From the NCBI RefSeq assembly GCF_006345805.1, contig NC_043006.1:28024001-28088000 (forward strand): DNA of 64,000 nucleotides. Reading direction: 5' to 3'. Positions 37,163 to 49,761 of this stretch are shown here, piece by piece. Position numbers and translations under genes: made by a program. Each line of letters opens with the position of its first letter. Within the stretch, counting starts at the first letter, position 1. Under the pieces are notes generated by a model. The model did not search any database. It saw nothing but the letters and a program-made list of their open reading frames with translations, and was not told the origin of the DNA. Origin of the DNA: Octopus sinensis (taxonomy: Eukaryota).

Positions 37163-38166
37163 TGTAACATCACATGAGCATGTTCTTTTGCCCCCACATA
37201 TCTCCATGTAAATGAGGCAAATGTATGTACATGCGGGTGTGTATGCTAGTGGCCTGACTCAATGCTTGTCTAAGAATTGGCAGGCATGAGTGGCGTGAAT
37301 TTAGAGATGTGTTCCTTTATATAAGGGATGAACTGGAAGTCTCTGACTTCCATGTCAACCAAAAGCTTCTAGAATGTTTGAGAACTTTCTAGAAGGTCGA
37401 AGGAGATTACTCTTGTTAAATCCCTTTTTCATTTTGCTTTCCTGCTTGACCACCAGGGTTTGCTACATAACTCCCTCCTCAGATGAGCAGTCGATAAGCA
37501 AAATCATTGTAGTGATCCGGGGCAGATATGAAGCAAAACGAGGTTGCAGAAACATGTGCTTGCAAAACAAGTTGTAAAATAGGAGAAAAATCAATACATG
37601 CATCATGATAGATACTGAATATAATTGCAGAGTTTGGTGCAGTAAACCTTTAGCTACACAGCTATGCACATCAAACTAAATGCAAAACATGGCAAAATGA
37701 AAATACAATGTAAAACATGCATGAGAAAAATGTTTGTGAATAAATATTCTTTGTAAAAGAAATAGCAAACAGTTTGTTTTGTAACAAATATAAATGGTTC
37801 TGGATAATTTTTGTGGCCAATGTACTGTTCTGCCACTTCTTGTGATATAAGATTTAGAGGTATGTTGTGTTTGTGGTGTATGTGGTGGTGTTGGTGTAGG
37901 AGTGAATGTATGTGGTATGTCAGGTTCTGGAATGAGATTTTCTGAGAAAGCTTGTAACATCACATGAACATAATCTTTTGCAACCATATCTCCATGTAAA
38001 TGAGGCGAGCGTATGCGAGTGGCCTGACTCAATGCTTGTCTAAGGGATGAACTGAAACTCCCTGACTTCCACATCAACCAGAAGCTTCTAGAATGTTGAG
38101 GGATATTACTCTCATTAAATCCCTTTTTTGTTTTGCTTTCCTGCTTGACCGCCAGGGTTCACTACA
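37163..38166 (-). mobile_element. LTR-retrotransposon remnant (two LTR-like repeats plus ~490-bp internal piece)
   Basis: Direct repeats 37163-37467 and 37953-38166 read TGTAG...GTTACA on the minus strand; PPT-like GAGGAGGGAGTTA precedes the 3' repeat; the internal frame has YITRSGRTVHWPQKL (Gypsy pol C-tail-like). No PBS or TSD seen. Confidence 0.6.
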
Positions 38167-38874
38167 CATGGTAAAGTGGACATTAAAGCAATGATGGTGA
38201 TGACTGTTATAAAAATGCTGTATTCAAAGAATTTAAGTATAATGCTTACTTTTTCTGTATAAAATTACTAAAACCATTAAATGGTTAACTACTTTTTGAA
38301 GTTTGATGTTCATGCTAGTAATTATGGTCTGGGCCATATTTTACATTGCTTGGAGTTTCTACCTATCACAATGGAGCCCTGCAATTTCCTTAAATAGATC
38401 AGTTTTTCTCCACTTAGAGAGTCTAGCTTGCATTTGCACCAGGAGGCTATTTGCTTGCTTTCTCCACACCTCTGATATTGCCGCTATCAGCTCTTACTGC
38501 ATCTAATGTCGACAACAACAACAACATCATAATTCATCCTTGCATATGTAAACTCACTAAGTGAATATGACTTAGCGTTCCTACAGAAACCTTCATTTAC
38601 CTTATACGATGTTTAATATCATTTCACATTCATGTTGAATTATGCAGCAATCTTATGTTCTCTTCATAGAACATAGAACAGAATAATGTATGTATTACCA
38701 GTTCTTTTGGTTAAGTAGATTTTTGCTATTCTTGTTTGTGTCTTCTCACAGATGTGTATATTCTAACAAGTCGCTTCTTAAAATTCACACCTCTCTTATT
38801 CAATAAACATTTGTGACTGAAGCAAAAAATAAAAAAAGAATAGATTTGTTTTACCAATTTTTATTTAATTGCAG

Positions 38875-38947
38875 ACAGTATCTGAAGATCATTTGGAAGC
38901 TGTTGAGGTCACAGAATTAATTGAAGACCAGCTTGATTCTTCTGAAT
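38875..38947 (+). CDS. BLOC1S6: BLOC1S6 exon
   Basis: ttgcag/gtaagt; TVSEDHLEAVEVTELIEDQLDSSE; phase 0-1. Confidence 0.78.
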
Positions 38948-38989
38948 GTAAGTAACTTTATAGGTTTCAGGCATGCAACTATAATTTCA

Positions 38990-39354
38990 TCTCTCTATAT
39001 ATAAATGGCAAAATGTCTGCGTGTGTGTCCTTTATACAAATCCACAATTTTTCAGTTAGAGGGCTCGCACTTTCTATGGTCATTCAAAACCGTCCAAGGG
39101 TGGTTGTGCACATCTTTACATTTCCCCAGTCACCCTGCAAAGCCATTAAAAAATCAATAGAAGTGACTTTTTTTGTGAATTTTCTATCCCAAACCCAATC
39201 AAAATGCCCGAAACTTGATACGCCAATTGAATGCCAGCTACCTGTATGTGATTGGTCGGAGATTTGGACAGTACTCGCGTGTATGTGCGCACGTACGTAG
39301 CTGTATATGCATGCACTAGCACTATGACCCGGTGTTGCCGGGTCATAGTGCTAG
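38990..39354 (+). mobile_element. Non-autonomous canonical Helitron
   Basis: A|TC(TC)TATATATAAA 5' end, GC hairpin CCCGG-TGTTG-CCGGG, CTAG|T 3' end, A/T target site. Confidence 0.82.
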
Positions 39355-40836
39355 TAACTATATAAATATACAGACTCATATCCATATGTATTCAGACTCA
39401 TATTTAAATATATTGATCATGTTCATTTGTATTCAATGCTGAAGCACCACAGGAGCCATTTCTTAAGATGGAGATCAAACCAATAAATTTCACTGTTATT
39501 TAACAATTCATTTGCCCATCAGTTCCTCCCAAACTACTGATGATACTAACTGAAGCTACTAGATAAGGTTTAAACAAGTATGTACCTCGGCACACAAATT
39601 CATTGCCATGGCTTGGAACAAGACTGCTTTCAGGCCCTGAGAAGATGTGTTAGTAGTGGTGGTGGGGATTCTTTAAAGTTTGAAAACTCAATGTTTATTT
39701 GCACTTTATATTTTCAAGTATTTTCACTAAAGATAGTAATCCTCATCATTATCATTTAACATCTGTATGCCATGCTATCATAGAAGGACGGTTTGACAGA
39801 ATCTGATGAGTCAGAGAACTGTGTTAGGCTCTGCTTTGGCAAGGTTTCTTTGGCTGGATACCCTTCCTAATGCCAACCACTTGACATAGTGTAGTGTTGC
39901 TTTTTTTGTGGCACCAGCACTACTGAGGTCACCAAGTAACTTGAAAGGCTAGATCCTTTGATAAAGTTGGGGTTTAGTATTAAGGCTTTGTGCCAGGTGT
40001 TGAGAAGCTAAAATATAATAGAGAGACAGGGACAAGTGTTTTGTTGTAGAGGAGATACATGGCTGTTCCAGCAGAAAAGGAAGAAAGGATGGTGGAGATG
40101 AGGTATCAGGGCATACCCTGAAGATATAAGAGGGTGGATAAAGAGAGGGTAGGTTCATGAGAATGTGAAAGGAGAGTGACAGATGGTAGAGATGAGGATA
40201 GAAGTGAATGCAATGAATGGTGAACATGAATGAAGATATGGACAATGGTGAATCTCAGTTTGGAGAAAGTAAGTGGGTCTGGAAGGAGGAAATGATTGAG
40301 GTAATACATAAAAAAGACTGTGTGTAGAAAGCAGATATAATCATTGATAGATGAGATATAAGGAAATGATGTGAGGTGTGGGAGAGGGAATGAGGTCAGA
40401 GGCACATAAGGATGGATATATGCTCATGGCTGCAACATTGTTTCATTGTATACAATGCTCAGGTACACTGCAACTCATCAGAAAAGGTTAAATGAGGGTA
40501 GGGAACAGAAAGCATGCTTATAAGTCAGATAATGAAAGGCAGCAATGAAGTACATGCACTGCACACAAAACAATACGAAAGATAGTCATAAAAAGAAAGG
40601 GTTGCAAAGACACATCAGGAGTAGTTTTAGTGAACTTCAGGAAGCATGGAATGTTTGAAAGTCATAGGTGTTGTGCTGTTTTTTTCTTTTGTCTTATTTT
40701 TATGTCCATGAATGGTAGTAGTATTGAATTGATAAAAAAATAAAAAACAGTGGCCAAAGTGGTTGGAAAGATGGTGGATAATCTTGTGGGCTTCTACCAA
40801 GTCAGCTGCTGGATGTTGAAACTTTGAGAAGCAATA

Positions 40837-41128
40837 CAGGGATTCCCCGACTTGCATGAGTTCAACTTGTGTGAAATTCGACTTGCACAAGCCAACTTTT
40901 GATACCGAGTGTTCAGGTTGCGCAAGTTGTATTCTCGACTTGTAAAAAATATTTATTATCCATGGTTGCATTGCCTTGTCTGTTATCTTGTTATCTATCC
41001 ATCATTTCAAATATACATAAAGTAAAAATAATTGTGTTTGAGTAATTGATAACAATATCTGGTACTCGACTTGCGCGAATTTCGAATTGCATGTCCCCCA
41101 ATTACTCGCGCAAGTCGAGGAATCCCTG
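40837..41128. mobile_element. Tc1/mariner/pogo-type MITE with TA TSD
   Basis: TA|CAGGGATTCCCCGACTTGC ... GCAAGTCGAGGAATCCCTG|TA. Confidence 0.85.
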
Positions 41129-42314
41129 TACATTCAAGATATGGTAAGTAACTGACAGGAGGGTACTTGTCTGTATAGCTTCCAGTAAATCAATATTCTG
41201 GACAAGATGGGGCTTCCAGACTGGTGTGGCAGACTATAAGTGAGGACATACAAAAGTATTTATACTACAGCCATTTATAGCTTTAAATGAATAGCTGGTG
41301 AGCAGCAGGCAAAGATCTTTCTAAGTGATTCTAAGATACCTTCAATCTTTTTGATGGCCTATTAAGTCTTTGAACGCATAGGTATGCTTTAGCAAATGTG
41401 ACTATGTGTGACTATACCCTTGGAAGACACAAAAGCGGGTCGCCATATGGTTTTATGTTTATGGCTGAAAATTAGTTAACCCCAAATCATGTGGTTGCCT
41501 GTTTTTGTATCTTCCATGAGTTACAATTAAATAACATAACACTTGCTAAAGCATACTTGTGGGCTCAAAGCATTCAACTTCAAAATTAGACATATTTTTG
41601 GTCATATTTTGGATGGACTGTTTATAAAATGTTAAGTTATTCTGATCATTCCAAAGTGTTATGCCTGAGGTCTGGGGTTGTCACTCTCATTCTTGTGGAA
41701 GACAATTTCATCTTTGTATTCTAATCTGTCAAACTATTCATTATCATCTGTTGACACATCTTTCAATTATTGCATCTAACCTGCTCAGCTGCTAAGCAAG
41801 TGGAACAGATGAAATGAGGTTTACTTCAGGCAGTGCTGGAATATTGAAAAATTCTTGATTCTTTAGTTAAGTCATTATTACTCACTTTGCCATCCAGTTA
41901 TGTAGCAGTAAACAGAGATAATAATTGAAGATTTGTGGGAACACTTACTGATTTCATTTAAAATGATGCTGGTAAAATCTCTCTAATTAGCTGTTAGGTG
42001 TTGCTGTTATCATTCTACTGTTTAGACCTACATGAGCCCTTATGCAGCAGACCTATAACCAAATGTAGTCTATCCTAAAACACCCTGTCTTTTCAGGCAT
42101 AGTTTTCCTGAGAATACATTATTAAAAATGTCCTTTCTTTTTAAAGATGGTGATGGGTTGCTATTTCTAGCAGTTCAAGTGATGACATAGAGACTCCTTC
42201 ATTGGCCTGCTGTTACTGTTATCAACATGGGTGGTATTTCTGTTGTTACTTTTGGTCATGCTCACAATAGTAGTTTTTCTGTTGATTCATGATTTTTGTT
42301 CCTGTTTATTGCAG

Positions 42315-42411
42315 ATATCTCAGAAGAACATGTCCAAAAACTGAGCCATGATTTAATGGATCTTTTCCTACCAAACTTGGAATTGGCCAAAAAATCTCTT
42401 CATGAATTGAC
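42315..42411 (+). CDS. BLOC1S6: BLOC1S6 exon
   Basis: ttgcag/gtaagt; ISEEHVQKLSHDLMDLFLPNLELAKKSLHELT (pallidin LPDLQRSKQALQELT-like); phase 1-2. Confidence 0.9.
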
Positions 42412-43795
42412 GTAAGTTGGGTGTTGGTTTTTTAATTGTTTCTGAGAAGAAAATGTTTGAGAAGTTTTTTTTTCTTTTTGATGAGAAATATCAATATATC
42501 AAGCACAGGAGTGGCTGTGTGGTAAGAAGCTTACTTCACAACCATATGGTTCCAGGTTCAGCTCCATTGCATGGCAGCTTGGGCAAGTGTCTTCTACTAC
42601 CCATGTCTTGTGAGTGAATTTGATAGTTGGAAACTGAAAGCAGACCATTGTATAAATATTTGTGTGTTTGTGTGAGTGTCCTCCTGTCACTTTTTGACAA
42701 TTGGTGATGGTGTGTTTACGTCTCTAACTTAGCGGTTCAGCAAAAGTGATGGATAGAAGAAGTACCAGGCTTAAAAAAAGTAGGAATAAAAAGCTGGAGT
42801 TGCATGGCTCTGTGCAGGTGGCATGTAAAAAGCACCATTTGGGTGTGGTCGTTGCCAGTTCCACCAGACTGGCCCTCGTGCCGGTGGCACATAAAAGCAC
42901 CCACTACACTCTCGGAGTGGTTGGCATTAGGAAGAGCATCCAGCTGTAGAAACTCTGCCAGGTCAGATTGGAGTCTGGTTAGCCAGACCTCAGTCAAATT
43001 GTCCAACCCATACTAGCATGGAAAGCGGACATTAAATGATGATGATGATGATTCATTCGACTAAAATTCTTCTAGGTGGTACCCAGCAAGGCTGCAGTCT
43101 AATGACTGAAAAACTAAAAGAATATCTAGTTAAATGAAAAATATCAATATATCTAGCTGAATACAAACAGTGAAGATATATTGTTTTCATAACATTCTTT
43201 CATCTTCATTTCTCTCCAGTGAAGGCTTCTGTTCAAAATGCTTCTTCCTCACAGTATAAATAAAACATATATTTCACAGTTTAAATTATTCCTGTTACTT
43301 TTTACTGATGCATAACATCACTAGTTTCCAAGGATTCCACTGTTTCTACTTTAGCTCAACAAATATATTGAAAAGGTGTTTTCTTCTTTTTCTTACTGAA
43401 TATAACAATCACCATTTCAAGAGAAATGGTTTTCGGAAATTTACATTTACTTGTCATGTTTCAATGTCTAAAATACTGGCAATACTAATGAGATGGTTTC
43501 CTTATAATCTTCATTTCACTTTTACATCCCTTCTCTCTCTCCGCTTTTCTTTCCTTCTTTCCCATCTATGTTTGTATGCTGAGTGCCAAGTAATTAACGC
43601 AGTGTTTGTTTACTTTTTAACATGTGTCATTGTTTGTATGGAAAACTTGTGTTTCCTTGTCTCTATTAAAAAAATATTAGTTTTTACTTCTATTTAGTGA
43701 AAGTAGTAAGGAATAACAAAAACACTAGAGTTAGCCTAATAGACAGTATTTTAGAATTTATGTTCACTAGTCTAATGGTTGCAAATTATTTCCAG

Positions 43796-43883
43796 GCAAA
43801 ACCAGAAAATTCTTATAGAGACTGTTCAGCAAGAGAATGCCAAGTTTGATGAGTGTTCATCAAGAGAAAAGCTGGCTGAAATT
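43796..43883 (+). CDS. BLOC1S6: BLOC1S6 exon
   Basis: ttccag/gtaagt; QNQKILIETVQQENAKFDEC matches pallidin QNQVVLLDTLEQEISKFKEC; phase 2-0. Confidence 0.93.
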
Positions 43884-44294
43884 GTAAGTTATACCTTATC
43901 TAACTCAGTCTTTCTCTCTCATCACACATTAACAAAAAGGCTAATATTTCATTAGTTCATTCAAGCATCCATACATACCTGCACATACACATATGCAAAC
44001 ACACATGCATGCACACACACTTTACTACATGCATGTATACAAGGGGCATCTTCCCATTTTCATTTATCAAATCCACTCATAAGTTTTAGTTCAACCCTAG
44101 GCTATATGAGCAGACTCCTGCCCAACATACTGTGCAATGGGCTTGAATCCCAAGACCACATGGTTGGGAAGCAAGCTTCTTAACCACACAGTTGTGTCAA
44201 TGCCTGTAAAAACGCATGTAAAATATTTTTACTTGCATAAAATTTCAGTAGCTAACTGTGCACTGATGCGACTTATGTTTTTTTTTACTTGTAG

Positions 44295-44381
44295 CTGTCT
44301 AATGCAAAGATCTACCATAGCAAATTGTTATCAATAAAGAAGCAGATGTTTTTACTTCAAGACAAATCGGTGAAGCTGAAA
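44295..44381 (+). CDS. BLOC1S6: BLOC1S6 exon
   Basis: ttgtag/gtacgt; LSNAKIYHSKLLSIKKQMFLLQDKSVKLK matches AKHYHAKLVNIRKEMLMLHEKTSKLK; phase 0-0. Confidence 0.93.
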
Positions 44382-44864
44382 GTACGTTGACCTCTATTTT
44401 ATAACATTTCTTTTCTTTATGGAATTAGCGTTAGCTAATCTTCATTGGGTTGCACTGGAAAAAAATAATTTTTGTTGATGTAAATATTATTGCTGTTGAG
44501 AATGGTAGGTGTGATGGTGAGGATCTAATTTGCAGTGTGATGTGGTGGTGGTGGTGGTTGTGGTGGTTTTGGTAGAGTTGTATGATGGTAGCATACTGTA
44601 GTAGTGGTAGAGTGGTGTGGCAGTGCTAGTAGTATATTGGTGGTAGTAGAGTGGTGTGATGGTGTTGGTAGAGTGGTGAGATTATAACTATTGTAGTAGT
44701 GATATATTAGTAGTTGGATTATAATAATAGTATTAGTGATAGAAATGGTGGATTATGGTGGTGGAGGTATGATGATGGATGTTGAAGGCAAGGAATTGAT
44801 GATGATGATAATGGGGATGTTAATCTTAATGATGGTTGTAGTTGGTACTGGTCTGATGGATATT

Positions 44865-45535
44865 GGTTTCAAATTTTGGCACAAGGCCAGTAATTTTTGG
44901 GGAAGGGGTAAGTTGATTACATTGACCCCAGACCTCAGCTGGTACTTATTTTATCATTCCTGAAAGCATGAAAGGCAAAGTTGACCTCTGCAAAATTTGA
45001 ACTTGGAACGTAAAGACGAATGAAATGCTGCTAAGCACTTGGCCCAGCATGCTAATGTCAGTTTGCCGCCTTACTAGTCTGATGGATATTAATAACGACA
45101 GTACTAAGAAGCATTAGTGCTGATAGTGAAAGTGAAAATGGTAGTTATTATGATGGTGGTCTCTCATAAGACTGGAGAATAAATTATACATTTATTGTAT
45201 AATATAGAAGCGATCAACATCAGTGCGCTTCTTATTGCTATCATCATCATCATCATCATTGTCATCATGATCTTTATTATGTTTCTACCACTACCATCAC
45301 CCCCATAATATTAATAAAAATAATTCTTTCTGCTATAGACACAAAGCCTGAAATTTTGTGGGTAGAAACTGGTTGATTATATTGACCCCAGTGTTAAATA
45401 TATACTTATTTTATCGACCCCAAGAGGATAAAAGGCAAAGTTGACCTTGGTAGCATTTGAATTCAGAACCTAAAAAAGCAGAAGAAATGCCACTGTGCAT
45501 TTTGCCCTAACAATTCTGCCAGTTTGCCATCTTAA
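44865..45535 (-). mobile_element. Two copies of a tRNA-derived SINE (Nin-domain-like; 44865-45072 and 45325-45535)
   Basis: Both contain TTTTATC...AAAGGCAAAGTTGACC...ATTTGAA...GAAC and end CAGTTTGCC(G)CCT(T)A, the reverse complement of a tRNA-like head. Confidence 0.7.
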
Positions 45536-45715
45536 TAATAATAATGATGGTGGCATCTAAAAAGCACCCACTATACTCTCAGAGTGAGCATCATCCAGCC
45601 GTAGAAACTTTGCCCGATCAGATTGGTGCCTGGTGCGGCCTTCAGGCTTGCAAGCCCCCAGTCAAATGTTCCATCCCATGCCAGCATGGAAAGCCAATGT
45701 TAAACGATGATGATG

Positions 45716-45749
<34 letters not shown>

Positions 45750-46300
45750 AGATATATAGAGCCTGTAACCAGCCTACTTATGCATACCTTTTCTTTCCTT
45801 GGACACTAAACTCTGCTTGTGAAAACCTGTTGGGGCAAGTGAAACCAAATCAAAATCAAATTTGGTGACTGACATCCATACTAGTGGGGTGCAAAGAGCA
45901 CCATACGAGCGTGATCGTTGACAGAGCGGCTAACCGGCTTCCATGCCAGTGGCACGTAAAAGGGCACCATTCGAGCATGATCGTTACCAATGTCACCTTA
46001 CTGGCCCCTGTGCTGGTGGCACGTGTAAAAAGATTCAAGCAAAGTCGCTGCCAGTACCGGTGGCATGTAAAAAGCACCCACTACACTCTTGGAGTGGTTG
46101 GCGTTAGGAAGGGCATCTAGCTGTAGAAACTCCGCCAAATCAAGATTGGAGCCTGGTGCAGCCATCTGGTTTGCCAGCCCTCAGTCAAAATCGTCCAACC
46201 CATGCTAGCATGGAAAGCGGACGTTAAACGATGATGATGATGATAGAGTAATAAGAAATTGGAGGGGATCAATAGGTGGTTCATCAACTTTTAGTTATTA

Positions 46301-47800
46301 CTAGCAGTATAGCCCGGCTTTGCTCGGGATCAAGTTAAGATTATTAAGCTAATTAAGCTCTTTATTTCAAAGCAAACTAAGTAACATCGACATCAAATAT
46401 GAGTGAAATCCATTGAAATGGGTAAACTTTGGGCTGAAATTTTGCAGACAATTTGATTGGGAAATCCCATAAGGAATTGCTTTATCCATTTTTTTCCACT
46501 CATTGATTGTTTTTTTTTTTTTTCGTTTTTGGAGAACTTAAAGCATTCAAAGATCCCATGAGTCCTAAGTAATGCTGGCATCAAGTTTGAACAAAATACA
46601 TCAAAATTGGTAGATGTTATGGTTGAAAATGGGGTGTAGCCAATTTTAGCGGGAAGTCCTATAAGGAATCAGTTTATCGATTTAAAAAAATTTTTTTTTT
46701 ATCCTGATTAAATGGAAAACCCTATAAAGAATCAGTTTATTGATTTTTTTCACCCCAAATAGGACTTAACCGAACATTGCTGATTCAAAAAATCTATATT
46801 TATATGTTAAAGTTGGTTTTCATACCCAACCCAGTTCTGCAGAATCAATGTTGTAATTGGAACGCATGGGTTGGGAGTTTGATTGGGAGAGGGGATCAGG
46901 TTGCATAGGCCAACCCTTTTGAAAACACCACCTGCATGACTGGAGAAATCAACCAACCAACCTTTATGTCGGCTGTTATTATACAGAGTTTATTTGAATT
47001 ATTCATACTAGCAGATAGACCACCCTTCGAGTGGTTTTCTTCTAGCTCCTTGATAATATTTTCACATTTGATTCCCATTTCTAATAATTTTTATATTTTA
47101 CTTCTAATTATTTCTTTGTATAATAGTGCTCACTTGCTTAGTAAATATTGCTTTCAGTATTTTATCACAGTCATAATCTCTCTTTTTTAAACAAACATCA
47201 TAGGGAGAAGCAGTTTGACAAGTTTTACTTTCCTCTCAAAGCAACAAAGAGATTTCATTTCAGCAGCCCATTTGTAAGCCTTGCAGTGAGTGTGTGTGTG
47301 TTAGAGAGAGAGAACATTGCAAATAATGAATGAAATAAACATGAAATGGAAAAATCGTATAAATAAAAGGGCATTACTACAGATGTATACACCCTCGACT
47401 GTGTTGTCTCATAACATCCAGAAAAATGGATACATTTTAACAAAATTTTCTACAAATACCACTTAGATTTTGTGGCTTCAGAGTATATTGGGATTTATGG
47501 GAAAGAATGTTTCCAGGGAGTGGTGAGATGAGTTTCAGAAAATTCGCACAATCTGACTTTTTCCCCCTCATAACTTTCAGGAAGATGGGTATCTTTTAAT
47601 GAAAATTTATACAAATCCCTTTCAAATGACATAGGTTACGATTATAAAGAAATTTGTGGGGAAAATTTTTTCGGGGATTTTCCCAATTTTTAAAAAATCA
47701 CAGCCTTCAAAATGTTGGAGTTGTGGGGTGGGGGAGAGCGTCTTTGTATGAAAAAGTTTTGAAAACTCATCATCCCACTCCGGACAACAACTATATATAT
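46301..47800 (-). mobile_element. Two non-autonomous Helitron-like units (3' ends at 46301 and 47008)
   Basis: ACTAGCAG+hairpin termini (CCCGGCTTTGCTCGGG; ACCACCCTTCGAGTGGT), equivalent to hairpin...CTAG|T on the minus strand; 5' ends uncertain. Confidence 0.6.
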
Positions 47801-47863
47801 AATATAAATATATGCATATATACATACATATATGTACACACCTACATATACATGTATATATAC

Positions 47864-48041
47864 ATGCATATATGGGTACAGGACATCAAAAAAACATTCG
47901 AAATGCAGAGTAGATGAAACAGGACAACTGAAGAAGGGGGAATATTCTTTATGTTGTATGTCTCGTTTCTCTGTTTGTTTTTATGCTTTCGTTTTCTCAT
48001 TGTGTTCAACATTTTTTTGATGTCCTGTACCATATATGCAT
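47864..48041. repeat. Small element with ~30-bp terminal inverted repeats next to a TA-rich run
   Basis: ATGCATATATGGGTACAGGACATCAAAAAAA ... TTTTTTTGATGTCCTGTACCATATATGCAT. Confidence 0.8.
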
Positions 48042-48046
48042 ATCCC

Positions 48047-49335
48047 TAATGCAGGCGCTGAGCAATCTTTTACCTTTCTTCAGTCAATTTCTTACATTTT
48101 CATTTCTTTTCAATTTTTTCATTAAGAACAGGGGAACAAGGTACTTGATACCCAGCGAAAACACTCCCAGTTTTTCCTGTTCTCCTTACTGAAATGAGTG
48201 CCCATGCACGCATTAAAATTTACCGATACTTTTGTGCTTCTTCAATAATGTGTACCTGCAGACCTACTAACTTACCTACAATCATTCCTACACACATTTC
48301 AATAAGGAAATGTGAAAGATTTCACTGCTATTTCTAGCGCTTGATGCTACCACGTAACTGCTTCTTGCAAATACCTGTTCAGTGGTAGTACGTCTTGCTA
48401 CAAATACCAACCAAATCAGTTAATGTTTATAAGTACACCTGTCATATCAACTCCCAACACTTTTCTTACTTTCTTTTCCAGCGTATTCATATGTTTTCCA
48501 TCACGGACATTCCAATTATACAAAAATAATTCCATACTTCTTCCATAATGTGGGCACCGAGCAATCTTTTACATTTCTTCAGTCAATTTATTACATTTTC
48601 ATTTCTTTCATTAAGAACAGGGGAACAGGGTACTTGAGACTGAGCGAAAACACTCCCAGTTTTTCCCATTCTCCTTACTGAAACATGTGCCGGTGCATGC
48701 ATTAATATTTACCGATATTTTTGGGCTTCTTCAATAATGCGGGCCTGCAGACCTACCAACTTACCTACAATCATTCCACTAAGGAAATATGAAAGATTTC
48801 ACTGCTATTTCTAGCATGTGATGCTACCATGTAACGGCTTCTCGCAAATACCTGTTCAGTGGTAGCACGACGTGTTACAAATACCAACCAAATCAGTTAA
48901 TGTTTATAAGTACACCTGCATATCAAATCCCAACACTTTTCCTTCTTTCTTTTCCAGAACATTCATATGTTTTCCATCATGGACATTCTGATTATGCAAA
49001 AATAATACATTTCATTTTCAATTCCCTGTCCCTACTCCTAATTTTTACATTTTCACTTCTTTCAAAATAATTCCATACTTCCTTAATGCAGGCGCCGAGC
49101 AATCTTTTACATTTCTTCAGTCAATTTCTTACATTTTCAATTCTTTTCAATTTCTTTCATTAAGAATAGGGGAACAGGGTACTTGATACCAAGCGAAAAC
49201 ACTCCCACTTCTTTCAGTTTCCTTTACTGAAATGTGTGCATTGGCATGCATTAAGATTTTATGTGACTGTTTTTGCTTCTTCCTTAATGTGGACCTGCAG
49301 ACCTACCAACTTACCTTTAACCATTCCTACACTCA
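48047..49335 (+). repeat. ~500-bp tandem repeat, 2.5 units, upstream of the Helitron ORF
   Basis: Units start TAATG..GGC.C.GAGCAATCTTTTAC at 48047, 48546 and 49084; clearly related but diverged. Confidence 0.92.
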
Positions 49336-49761
49336 CATGCAGCATCAACGGCAGTTTCTACCCCATGAGCACCACTAATTAAACCTAAGCAAGTCATCCA
49401 ATTGCTCTCTCATTAACCCTTTCCCTATCCAATCTATATGACAGAGCAGCCATACATTGACAAACAACACCCAAAATTCATGTTCACACAAACGACAACA
49501 TTCCCAACGCACTTCATAATCACTTTCTCCTTTGCTCTTACCATTTTTCTCGCCTTGCCTTTCACAATTCTTTCCATTCTCATTTTCATGTCATAACACT
49601 AATATCATCTTATTTTACACATTTACCGTTCTACTACCACTTCATTATTACCACAGCAGTTGCAAGTTTGCAACTGCTCTACAGTTACATACTAACCCTT
49701 CAATTAATATTTCATACTTAACAGTGTATCTCACTGCATTTCATCATGCTTATTTTAGATC

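Noticed and set aside
39949-40420. Purine-rich stretch with two minus-strand ORFs
   Set aside because: Low-complexity GA-rich sequence without protein motifs or convincing splice sites.
44500-44963. (GGT/AGT)n-rich region and M/G/V-rich ORF
   Set aside because: Degenerate trinucleotide repeat; not coding.
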